A DNA stretch of 64,000 bases from Bacteroidales bacterium (GTDB lineage: Bacteria; Bacteroidota; Bacteroidia; Bacteroidales; WCHB1-69): positions 650-64,649 of the forward strand of contig JALNYF010000003.1 of NCBI GenBank assembly GCA_023229985.1, read 5' to 3'. This document shows, piece after piece, positions 1 through 8,220 of this stretch (its first letter is position 1; each line of letters opens with the position of its first letter). The notes beneath the pieces were generated by a model, which was given only the letters and a program-made list of their open reading frames with translations, was not told the origin of the DNA and did not search any database. Both the position numbers and the translations under genes were made by a program.

Positions 1-1
1 A

Positions 2-1771
2 TTTTGTTTACTTTATCGTGACATGTGGCAGTCCTCGGGCAAATATGTTCCACGTGTAGATCAATTAGTGAGAATTGCACCCGCAATTATTGAGATGGGG
101 TGTTTTGCCAGAGTGGAAACCAACGGTGGAGCCGCCGAGCAAGTCAATTTACTCTATGGGGAAAATCCCAACAAAGCTGTCAGAGAATGGACTAAGCCGT
201 TCAACGAAGCCGGGATTCAAACACAAATGCTGGAAAGAGCTTTGAATGGTTTGCGAATGTATCCCGTTCCCGCGGATGTTCGGCGTCTGATGTTTCAAGT
301 CAAAAAAGCACAAGGGGTGGACATAGCCCGCTCTTTTTGCGGACTCAACGACCCCAGAAACTTGGAACTCTCCGTCAAATATGCCAAAGAAGCCGGCATG
401 ATTTCCCAAGCCGCGCTCAGTATCACCCACTCCGAAATTCATACCGTTGAATATTACATGGATATTGTTGATAAAGTGGTGGAATATGGGGCTGACGAAA
501 TTGCTTTGAAAGATATGGCAGGCGTAGGACGTCCGGTCACTTTAGGACGTTTGGTAAAAGCCATTAAAGAGAAATATCCGCATATTATCGTTCAATATCA
601 CGGACATAGTGGTCCCGGGTTCTCCGTTGCTTCTACTTTGGAAGTCGCTAAAAACGGTGCCGATATCATTGATGTTGCTATGGAACCGCTCTCTTGGGGA
701 ATGGTCCACCCCGACGTTATCACCATTCAGGCAATGCTCAAAGATGCCGGCTTCGATGTACCGGAAATCAATATGAATGCATACATGGAAGCACGCCGAC
801 TGACCCAAGAATTTATGGATGACTTCTTGGGCTATTTTATGGACGCGAAAAATAAAGTAATGAGTTCATTATTAGTGGGTTGCGGACTACCGGGCGGTAT
901 GATGGGATCCATGATGGCTGACCTGAAAGGAGTTCACAACGGAATTAACATGTTCCTCCGTAATGGCGGTAAGAAAGAACTTTCTGAAGATGAATTATTG
1001 GTTAATTTATTTGAAGAAGTCGCTTATGTATGGCCTAAAATGGGGAATCCTCCTTTGGTAACGCCTTTTAGTCAATATGTTAAGAATACTGCCCTGATGA
1101 ATATCATGCAGATGGCGCAAGGGAAAGAGCGGTTTTCACAAATGGATAAAAATACATGGGATATGATTCTGGGTAAAACCGGAAAACTCCCCGGCACGCT
1201 GGCACCCGAAATCGTGGAACTTGCCCAACAAAAAGGATATGAATTTTTTGCAGGAAACCCACAAGACAACTACCCCGACGAATTACCTAAATTCCGTGAA
1301 CAAATGAAAGAAAATGGATGGGATTGCGGGCAAGATGACGAAGAATTATTTGAAATTGCCATGCACGAACGGCAGTACTTGGATTATAAAAATGGGACAG
1401 CAAAAAAGAAGTTTGAAGAAGAGTTGGAAAAAGCGAAAAAAGCCTCAAATGTTCAAGTCATTATCAAAGAAGTAAAGACACCGGAAGTTAAACGCGAGGA
1501 ACTCATTGCTGCCATCACTGAGAAAGAACCGGATGCTAAACCCGTTGTTGCAACGACCGCCGGAATTGTTATCTGGGAATTGGCTGTGAATGAGCCATCG
1601 ATGGCAGCTCCGATCGGCACATCCTATCGTGAAGGCGATTGCATTTGCCACATAGATGCCTATTTCGGAATGGACGAAATAATATCTTTGTTCACCGGAA
1701 AGCTTATTTCCGTAATCGCACAACAAGGTGATAAAGTAAGAAAAGGTGACATCATTGCTTTTATAAAATAA
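2..1771 (+). CDS. Oxaloacetate decarboxylase alpha / pyruvate carboxylase subunit B-like carboxyltransferase with C-terminal biotinyl/lipoyl-like domain; 5' end cut by window edge
   Basis: Frame is open from nt 2 (FCLLYRD precedes the ATG at 23; RDMWQS aligns with the N-terminal RDAHQS motif of the family). LKDMAGVG (carbamyl-Lys region) and YHGHSG (H-x-H) are present. The last ~70 aa follow the biotinyl-domain pattern but have AYFGM instead of AMKM. Confidence 0.75.
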   Translation, partial: FCLLYRDMWQSSGKYVPRVDQLVRIAPAIIEMGCFARVETNGGAAEQVNLLYGENPNKAVREWTKPFNEAGIQTQMLERALNGLRMYPVPADVRRLMFQVKKAQGVDIARSFCGLNDPRNLELSVKYAKEAGMISQAALSITHSEIHTVEYYMDIVDKVVEYGADEIALKDMAGVGRPVTLGRLVKAIKEKYPHIIVQYHGHSGPGFSVASTLEVAKNGADIIDVAMEPLSWGMVHPDVITIQAMLKDAGFDVPEINMNAYMEARRLTQEFMDDFLGYFMDAKNKVMSSLLVGCGLPGGMMGSMMADLKGVHNGINMFLRNGGKKELSEDELLVNLFEEVAYVWPKMGNPPLVTPFSQYVKNTALMNIMQMAQGKERFSQMDKNTWDMILGKTGKLPGTLAPEIVELAQQKGYEFFAGNPQDNYPDELPKFREQMKENGWDCGQDDEELFEIAMHERQYLDYKNGTAKKKFEEELEKAKKASNVQVIIKEVKTPEVKREELIAAITEKEPDAKPVVATTAGIVIWELAVNEPSMAAPIGTSYREGDCICHIDAYFGMDEIISLFTGKLISVIAQQGDKVRKGDIIAFIK

Positions 1772-1775
1772 CAAT

Positions 1776-2720
1776 ATGCAAGAACAAGTTAAGTGCTTAA
1801 TTATCGGTTCGGGACCGGCAGGTTATACTGCCGGTATCTATGCTTCCCGCGCCGACCTCAAACCTGTCCTGATTGAAGGAATCATGCCGGGCGGCCAATT
1901 GACCATCACCACAGATGTAGAGAATTTCCCGGGCTACCCGGAAGGCATAGGCGGTACTGAAATTATGCAGGATATTCGCCAACAAGCCCTTCGCTTCGGA
2001 ACCGACATCCGCACCGGAATGGTGACGAAAGTGGATTTTTCCAAACACCCCTTCCTCTGCACCATTGATGAAGAAAAGGAAATCATTGCCGAAACGGTAA
2101 TTATTGCAACGGGAGCTACTGCCCGTTGGTTAGGGTTGGAATCGGAAAAGACATACCGCGGCTTCGGAGTATCGGCTTGCGCCACTTGCGACGGCTTTTT
2201 CTACCGCGGAAAAGACGTTGCCGTCATTGGCGGCGGCGATACAGCTTTGGAAGAAGCCCTGTACCTTGCCAAATTGTGCAATAAAGTGTATCTTATTCAC
2301 CGCCGAGACGAGTTCCGCGCCTCCAAAGCAATGCAAAAAAGAGTGTTTGAAACTGCCAATTTGGAAGTGCTTTGGAATAAAATCCCCGCCGAAATATTGG
2401 GCGAAAAACAAGGCTTTATGAAAAAAGTTACCGGCTTGCAATTAACAGATACTCAAACAAAAAACAAGAGCCAAATTGCCATTGACGGCGTTTTCGTCGC
2501 CATCGGACATACGCCCGTTACGGACTTATTTGTCGGACAAATCGACTTGGATGCGCAAGGTTACATTCAGACTAAACCGGGAACTACGCAGACCAATATT
2601 GCAGGCGTATTTGCCGCCGGAGATGTTCAAGACCCCCATTTCCGTCAAGCTATTACTGCCGCCGCTTCCGGTTGCAAAGCCGCCATCGAAGCGGAACATT
2701 TTATTATGAACCAAAACTGA
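1776..2720 (+). CDS. trxB: Thioredoxin-disulfide reductase
   Basis: GSGPAGYTAGIYA FAD motif, redox-active CATCDG, GGGDTALEEA NADPH motif; 314 aa. Confidence 0.95.
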   Translation: MQEQVKCLIIGSGPAGYTAGIYASRADLKPVLIEGIMPGGQLTITTDVENFPGYPEGIGGTEIMQDIRQQALRFGTDIRTGMVTKVDFSKHPFLCTIDEEKEIIAETVIIATGATARWLGLESEKTYRGFGVSACATCDGFFYRGKDVAVIGGGDTALEEALYLAKLCNKVYLIHRRDEFRASKAMQKRVFETANLEVLWNKIPAEILGEKQGFMKKVTGLQLTDTQTKNKSQIAIDGVFVAIGHTPVTDLFVGQIDLDAQGYIQTKPGTTQTNIAGVFAAGDVQDPHFRQAITAAASGCKAAIEAEHFIMNQN

Positions 2721-2735
2721 TGTGGGGTTGTTGGA

Positions 2736-3485
2736 ATGAAAGAGTTTATTAGAGGGATCAAAACAGGATTCCCTATCTGTTTAGGATATATCCCTGTTGC
2801 GTTTACTTTTGGAATTTTGGCAGTCAAAATGGGCTTTGACCCAATGGTCGCTACTTTTGTCGCCTTTACCAATATGGCTTCTGCCGGACAGTTTGCAGGA
2901 ATCCGCTTAATAGACGGCGGAGCACCTTATATCGAATTGGTAATGACCACTTTAGTCATTAATTTGCGCTACATGCTCATGTCTTTTTCTCTTACGCAGA
3001 AAATCGCACCCAAAATGCCCTTATATAAAAGATGTATCATCGCTTTTTGCATTACCGATGAGGTTTTTGCGCTGGCATCCATGCAAAAACAAGATGTCTC
3101 TTTTTCTTTCTTTACCGGCTTAATGGCTACTCCCATTTTCGGCTGGACATTCGGGACTTTTTTGGGCGCATTTGCATCGGGTTTGCTATCACCGATGTTG
3201 CAAGGTTGTATGGGAATTGCTCTGTATTGTATGTTCATCGCCATTATCATTCCCGAAGCCAAAAAAAGCCGAAAAGTAGCCTTAGCAATTGTGGCAGCAA
3301 GCCTGCTTTCCTGTATCTTTAAATATGTCCCGGGCATTAACGTTCTGTCCCAAGTGGGCGGCGGCGGCTGGGCCATCATCACCTCGGCGGTAATAGCAGC
3401 CGCCGGCGCAGCATCCATCAAAGAAATAAACCGCCGCAAAAAACGACAACAAATCCTTATGGCAGAAGAAAGGAGCGAAGCATGA
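2736..3485 (+). CDS. azlC: AzlC-family branched-chain amino acid exporter subunit
   Basis: N-terminal GIKTGFPICLGYIPVAFTFGILA and ASAGQFA motifs typical of AzlC; polytopic hydrophobic profile; followed by an overlapping azlD-like gene. Confidence 0.8.
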   Translation: MKEFIRGIKTGFPICLGYIPVAFTFGILAVKMGFDPMVATFVAFTNMASAGQFAGIRLIDGGAPYIELVMTTLVINLRYMLMSFSLTQKIAPKMPLYKRCIIAFCITDEVFALASMQKQDVSFSFFTGLMATPIFGWTFGTFLGAFASGLLSPMLQGCMGIALYCMFIAIIIPEAKKSRKVALAIVAASLLSCIFKYVPGINVLSQVGGGGWAIITSAVIAAAGAASIKEINRRKKRQQILMAEERSEA

Positions 3486-3823
3486 GTTATTTGGTGATTT
3501 GTTTAATTATCATGGCAGGTACTACCTACCTGATTCGGGTCGCCCCGATCGCTTTTTTTCAAAAGAAAATCGAAAATTTGTGGGTGCAGGATTTCTTTTA
3601 TTACATTCCTTTCTGCGTATTGGCGGCAATGACTTTCCCCGATGTTATTTACTCCACTACCCCATCCGGCGACTTGTCCCCCCACTTCTTATCTGCCATC
3701 CTCGCAGCACAAGTGGCTCTCATTTCGGCATGGAAAGAAAAAGGATTGGTGCTCGTGGCTTTCTTAGCTGTGCTAACCGCCATCGCTGTGGAATTAGTGC
3801 TCAAATATATGGTAAGTTTTTAA
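3482..3823 (+). CDS. azlD: AzlD-family small membrane subunit
   Basis: 113-aa hydrophobic protein; its ATG overlaps the azlC stop (ATGA); canonical azlC-azlD pairing. Confidence 0.7.
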   Translation: MSYLVICLIIMAGTTYLIRVAPIAFFQKKIENLWVQDFFYYIPFCVLAAMTFPDVIYSTTPSGDLSPHFLSAILAAQVALISAWKEKGLVLVAFLAVLTAIAVELVLKYMVSF

Positions 3824-4019
3824 CGGACTGCTCGTTGCGAGATGATCAAATCAGTCGCATTTTTGATTTTTTTCTGTCCGGTAAATTGATTCAATATCGT
3901 TTATTAAAACATAATATGCTTAATGCTAATCCATTAAGTAATAATTCCTATTATTTACTAAAAAGCAATATTTTGAAATAAATGACTGGACTGAATGCAG
4001 TTGGCTTCTCTATTCGAGA

Positions 4020-4328
4020 CTATATAAACTCTAAAACTGCGAACAAGATACCAATAACAAAGGTAATTAAAAGGATTCCGCGACCGGTCAAATCAAATTT
4101 TAATTTTAGCAAATAATACCGGAGAATAAATACATTGGGAATGATGCTCAACAAAATAAGTTTTTGAGCAGAGACCATATCAAACACATTCATGTTTTTG
4201 CCGGACACGGCTAATATCAAAACAATGATTCCAAAAATAATGCCAAACAAAATAGCAGGAATTGCTATGCCCATGATGATGCCCATCCAAAGCGAATCAC
4301 GACGAAGTTTTTCAAGTAATTTTCTCAT
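4020..4328 (-). CDS. Small hypothetical membrane protein (about 3 TM helices)
   Basis: 102-aa ORF; start overlaps the surE stop by 4 nt (translational coupling); strongly hydrophobic segments; no family recognised. Confidence 0.5.
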   Translation of the reverse strand: MRKLLEKLRRDSLWMGIIMGIAIPAILFGIIFGIIVLILAVSGKNMNVFDMVSAQKLILLSIIPNVFILRYYLLKLKFDLTGRGILLITFVIGILFAVLEFI

Positions 4329-5095
4329 TCTTCTAAAAATTTAAGTGTGTTGATATATTGGTGTGCTGTCAAGTCAAACTGCACCGGTTGTAATGAGACA
4401 TAATTGTGTTTGAGTGCCCATTCGCAAGTATCTTCGTGCGGGTCGTTATCCACTAACCAGCCATCGAGCCAATAATATTTGCGACCATAGCAATCCACCC
4501 GTTCTTCCAAAACTTCATGCCAATATCCATGCGTTTGGCGCGTAATTTTAATTCCTTTAATCTCTTCTAACGGAACTTTGGGAATGTTCACGTTCAACGA
4601 AATATATTCCGGCAATTCGTGTTGCAGTGTCTGACCGATGATTTTCTTGGCTATCGCGATTGCGGCAGTAAAATCGGCATGGGGAGAATAATCCAAGAGC
4701 GAAAAACCGATGGATTTATAATTCTCAACACTTCCTTCTATGGCGGCTGCCATGGTGCCGGAATAGATAATGCTGATAGAAGAATTGGAACCATGATTAA
4801 TGCCGGAGAGTATTAAATCAATTTTTCTGTCTTTCAGAATCACTTTTTGACCTAATTTCACGCAATCGACAGGAGTGCCATTCGTACGATAATAATCAAC
4901 GCCGTCGGCATCAGTTTTGTATTGTTTTAAACGCAGCGGAACGTTCATCGTAATCCCATGAGCGTAACCGGAGCGCGGTCCGTCGGGGGTCACTACAACC
5001 ACTTCTCCAAATTCTTTGGCAGCTTCTACTAAGGCATACAAGCCTTTCGCTTCGTAGCCATCATCATTTACAATTAAAATCAAAGGTTTACTCAT
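4325..5095 (-). CDS. surE: 5'/3'-nucleotidase SurE
   Basis: ILIVNDDGYEAKGL and SGINHGSN motifs. Start moved to the internal ATG (MSKPLILIVNDDG) at 5095, which overlaps the rng stop by 4 nt. Confidence 0.9.
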   Translation of the reverse strand: MSKPLILIVNDDGYEAKGLYALVEAAKEFGEVVVVTPDGPRSGYAHGITMNVPLRLKQYKTDADGVDYYRTNGTPVDCVKLGQKVILKDRKIDLILSGINHGSNSSISIIYSGTMAAAIEGSVENYKSIGFSLLDYSPHADFTAAIAIAKKIIGQTLQHELPEYISLNVNIPKVPLEEIKGIKITRQTHGYWHEVLEERVDCYGRKYYWLDGWLVDNDPHEDTCEWALKHNYVSLQPVQFDLTAHQYINTLKFLEE

Positions 5096-6690
5096 AATTC
5101 GTTTTCCTTGTGTAATGCCTGTTGGGTATCCCAAATGACAATTTCCTCATTATCTTTATTATAGAATTTGTGTTGTAACAAATGTGTTTCAGGATTCTCT
5201 CTTAAATGTATCCATCTTTTATACTTAAAAAACCATTTTACCTGCTTAGAAATAATGCCTTTGGTAAAATAGGCATATAAAAACGGATGTAAATCGATGG
5301 TAATAGTGGACTCTACCTGCTTTTGAATGAGAAAATCAATCATATTTTCCAAGTTCTCCTCAACCAAAATGGTAGGTTTCACTTTGCCGGTTCCATAACA
5401 TACCGGACACTGTTCCAGTGTATCGATGGTCGTCACTTGGCGAACGCGTTGCCGCGTAATTTGCATCAATCCGAACTTACTTAGCTGTAAAACAGTATGT
5501 TTCGCACGGTCTGCCACCATTAATTCACACATTCGGCGATAAAGGGCTGCCCTATTCAATGATTTGGACATATCAATAAAATCTATCACGATGATACCGC
5601 CAATATCGCGCAGTCGGAGCTGTCGCGCAATTTCTGCCGCCGAATCCATATTGACTTGCAAGGCATTCTCTTCCTGAGAGTTAGATGATTTCACGCGATT
5701 TCCGCTATTGACATCAATCACGCACATGGCTTCGGTTTGTTCTATAATAAGATAGATTCCATTTTTAATGGTCACAATTTTTCCAAATGACGCTTTGATT
5801 TGCTTCGCCACGTTAAAATACTCAAAGATAGGTATTTTATCTTTGTAGAGTTTAACGATATCGGCATCATTTTTATCATCTGAAAAGGACTTGATATAGT
5901 TTTTTACTTCGAGGAAAAGGTCTTTATCATCAACATGAATGGCTTGGAAAGAATCATTCAAGAGGTCACGGATGAGTGATGAGGTGCGGTCTAATTCGCT
6001 GGCTACTTTGTAAGGAGCTTGCGAAACTGCCAATTTATCGACCATTAACTTCCATCGAAGTACTAATTGTTCAATATCTTTAGAAATATCTTCCGCTTTT
6101 TTTCGTTCGGCACTTGTACGAATAATAATGCCAAAATTTTTGGGTTTAACCCCCGAAACAATTTGTCTTAATCTTTTTCGTTCTTCGCCACCCTTAATTT
6201 TTTGGGAGACAAAAACTTTATCATTGAAAGGGACAAGGACGGCATATCTACCGGCGAAAGATATTTCGGTAGTTACGCGCGGACCTTTGGTAGAGATGGG
6301 CTCCTTGGCAACTTGCACCAAGATTTGTTGCCCTGCAGTTAGAATATCTGCAATTTTTCCAACTTTTTGGACTTGGGGCTGGTTGGAAATGGCGGACATG
6401 CTTCGCTTGTTACCGGACATCACCATTTTTACATATTCACTAATAGTAAGTGAATTAGGACCAATATCCAAGTAATGAAGGAAGGCATCCTTTTCGCTGC
6501 CTATACTGATAAAAGCAGCATTGAGACCGGGCATAATTTTGCGGACACGTCCTAGATAGACATTGCCGACACAAAACTGTTCCGTCATTTTTTCCCGATG
6601 GATTTCTACTAATTTCTTATCCTCGAGAAGAGCGATCTGAACTTCGGTAGGGTGTGAGGTTATGATTAATTCTTTGGTTATTTCGGACAT
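5092..6690 (-). CDS. rng: Ribonuclease E/G family endoribonuclease (RNase G-like)
   Basis: N-terminal S1 domain (GNVYLGRVRKIMPGLNAAFISIG), catalytic core (VIDVNSG, IIVIDFIDM) and Zn-link CPVCYGTG; 532 aa. Confidence 0.85.
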   Translation of the reverse strand: MSEITKELIITSHPTEVQIALLEDKKLVEIHREKMTEQFCVGNVYLGRVRKIMPGLNAAFISIGSEKDAFLHYLDIGPNSLTISEYVKMVMSGNKRSMSAISNQPQVQKVGKIADILTAGQQILVQVAKEPISTKGPRVTTEISFAGRYAVLVPFNDKVFVSQKIKGGEERKRLRQIVSGVKPKNFGIIIRTSAERKKAEDISKDIEQLVLRWKLMVDKLAVSQAPYKVASELDRTSSLIRDLLNDSFQAIHVDDKDLFLEVKNYIKSFSDDKNDADIVKLYKDKIPIFEYFNVAKQIKASFGKIVTIKNGIYLIIEQTEAMCVIDVNSGNRVKSSNSQEENALQVNMDSAAEIARQLRLRDIGGIIVIDFIDMSKSLNRAALYRRMCELMVADRAKHTVLQLSKFGLMQITRQRVRQVTTIDTLEQCPVCYGTGKVKPTILVEENLENMIDFLIQKQVESTITIDLHPFLYAYFTKGIISKQVKWFFKYKRWIHLRENPETHLLQHKFYNKDNEEIVIWDTQQALHKENEL

Positions 6691-6715
6691 AATATAGTTT
6701 TATGAGAATAAATAG

Positions 6716-6756
6716 AAAAAACTAAATTACATAATGGTCATGTAATTTAGTTTTTT
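6716..6756 (-). terminator. 17-bp perfect hairpin flanked by A/T tracts (intrinsic terminator after the hup/bS22-like unit, or rng leader structure)
   Basis: AAAAAACTAAATTACAT-AATGGTC-ATGTAATTTAGTTTTTT. Lies 25 nt after the small-gene stop (6781) and 25 nt before the rng start (6690). Confidence 0.6.
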
Positions 6757-6780
6757 GATTGGGTGACATAATTCCGAACA

Positions 6781-6870
6781 TTACTTCTTCTTATGTCTGT
6801 TCTTTCTGAGGCGTTTTTTCCTCTTATGGGTTGACATCTTGTGTCTTTTTCTTTTTTTACCGCTTGGCAT
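6781..6870 (-). CDS. 29-aa highly basic peptide, bS22-like (AURKAIP1/COX24-like small ribosomal protein family)
   Basis: Absent from the ORF track (too short). Reverse strand reads ATG..TAA = MPSGKKRKRHKMSTHKRKKRLRKNRHKKK. Sits 22 nt downstream of hup on the same strand and is followed by the terminator hairpin. Confidence 0.6.
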   Translation of the reverse strand: MPSGKKRKRHKMSTHKRKKRLRKNRHKKK

Positions 6871-6892
6871 TTTAGTAAAATTTAAAGGTTAA

Positions 6893-7174
6893 TTATTGAT
6901 TTTTTTTAACGACGTTCACAAAAGTTTTGCATGGTTTGAATGCCGGGATTTTATGAGCGGGTATAACGATGGTAGTTTTCTTTGAAATATTACGAGCCGT
7001 TTTTTGGGCGCGTTCTTTAACGATAAAGCTACCGAATCCTCTTAAATAAACGTTATCATCTTGCGAAAGAGATACTTTTACGGTTGTCATAAATGATTCA
7101 ACAACGGTTTGAACAGCATTCTTGTCAATACCTGTTTTGTTTGCAATTTCGTTTACGATTTCTGCTTTGGTCAT
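6893..7174 (-). CDS. hup: HU-family DNA-binding protein
   Basis: MTKAEIVNEIA...LRGFGSF.V..R..K.ARN; 93 aa, typical HU/IHF fold signature. Confidence 0.9.
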   Translation of the reverse strand: MTKAEIVNEIANKTGIDKNAVQTVVESFMTTVKVSLSQDDNVYLRGFGSFIVKERAQKTARNISKKTTIVIPAHKIPAFKPCKTFVNVVKKNQ

Positions 7175-7241
7175 AATTTTAAAATTAAATTGTTCAACAA
7201 TATATTATATTCATTTTATTAATCCTCAATAAATGAGTTTG

Positions 7242-7249
7242 CAAAAATA
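7242..7249 (-). promoter_or_regulatory. Bacteroidota -7 box TATTTTTG upstream of hup
   Basis: Plus strand CAAAAATA is TAnnTTTG on the gene strand; 68 nt upstream of the ATG. Confidence 0.45.
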
Positions 7250-7299
7250 CAACTTTTATTTTATTCTGTATCTACATTTTACAAAAAAAACAAAAAAAA

Positions 7300-8145
7300 T
7301 TATATTTCATTATATATCTTATCGGCGAGGCGACTTGCCCCAATTCTAAAATAACGATTCGTTAGCCATTTTTCACCCAAAACATTTTCCAATATCTTCA
7401 AGAAATAGATCGCAGTTTCGGCATCTGCAATTCCACCGGCAGGTTTCATGCCGATCATCACGCCCGTTGCTTCATAATGCGCTTTGATGGCATCTAACAT
7501 GACCAAAAATGACTTCGGCGTAGCATTCTCATCAATTTTTCCGGTAGAAGTTTTAATAAAATCCGCTCCGGCAGCTATGGCGATCTGCGATGCTTTGTAA
7601 ATATTGTCGGCTGTTTGCAACTCGCCGGTTTCCAATATCACTTTCAAATGCGCCTGCCCACACGCTGCTTTGATGGCTGCTATTTCGTTATATACCGTCT
7701 GATAATCCCCTTCTAAAAACTTGCCCCGCGAAATGACCATGTCAATCTCGTCTGCCCCTTGCGCTACTGTATAGGCTACTTCGGCGATCTTAATCTCTAT
7801 CGGAGACTGTCCGGCAGGAAATGCTCCCGCTACACTTGCTACTTGAACTCCCGTGCCTTTTAATAAAGACTTGGCTTGCGCTACAAAAGGAGGATACACA
7901 CAAACCGCTGCCGTGGTCGGAATATTCTTGGCTTCAGATTGATAACTCAATGCCTTTTCGCATAATTTGGCAATCGTTGCCGTATTGTCCGAGCCCGACA
8001 AGGTCGTCAAATCGATCACATTCAAAATAAACCGATAAGCGGACGGATAATCAAAATAATTGAGGTTAAGTAATTGATATTGAGCTAATCTCTCTTGTAT
8101 TTCCGCATCTGTGTACGGATAACTTTTGGGTTCTGTGTATGCCAT
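7300..8145 (-). CDS. deoC: Deoxyribose-phosphate aldolase
   Basis: Schiff-base lysine context FIKTSTGK and the ADEIDMVI motif. Start set to MAYTEP (8145) because the -7 box at 8180-8187 lies inside the longer track ORF. Confidence 0.85.
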   Translation of the reverse strand: MAYTEPKSYPYTDAEIQERLAQYQLLNLNYFDYPSAYRFILNVIDLTTLSGSDNTATIAKLCEKALSYQSEAKNIPTTAAVCVYPPFVAQAKSLLKGTGVQVASVAGAFPAGQSPIEIKIAEVAYTVAQGADEIDMVISRGKFLEGDYQTVYNEIAAIKAACGQAHLKVILETGELQTADNIYKASQIAIAAGADFIKTSTGKIDENATPKSFLVMLDAIKAHYEATGVMIGMKPAGGIADAETAIYFLKILENVLGEKWLTNRYFRIGASRLADKIYNEI

Positions 8146-8179
8146 AATTTTAATAAATTTTAGTGTATCTTTGAAGCCG

Positions 8180-8187
8180 CAAAAATA
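8180..8187 (-). promoter_or_regulatory. -7 box TATTTTTG upstream of deoC
   Basis: CAAAAATA on plus strand, 35 nt upstream of the chosen ATG. Confidence 0.45.
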
Positions 8188-8220
8188 CACATTTTTAATG
8201 AGATAACATTCTATTTGTGA

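Noticed and set aside
3917-3940. Short hairpin (CTTAATG-ctaatc-CATTAAG) between the convergent azlD and the small membrane gene as a terminator
   Set aside because: The stem is only 7-9 A/T-rich base pairs with no adjacent U-tract on either strand. That is too weak to call.
3499-3981. 160-aa plus-strand ORF overlapping azlD in another frame
   Set aside because: azlD in the other frame has the expected size, hydrophobicity and ATGA coupling to azlC. The alternative product is Arg/Leu-rich with no motifs.
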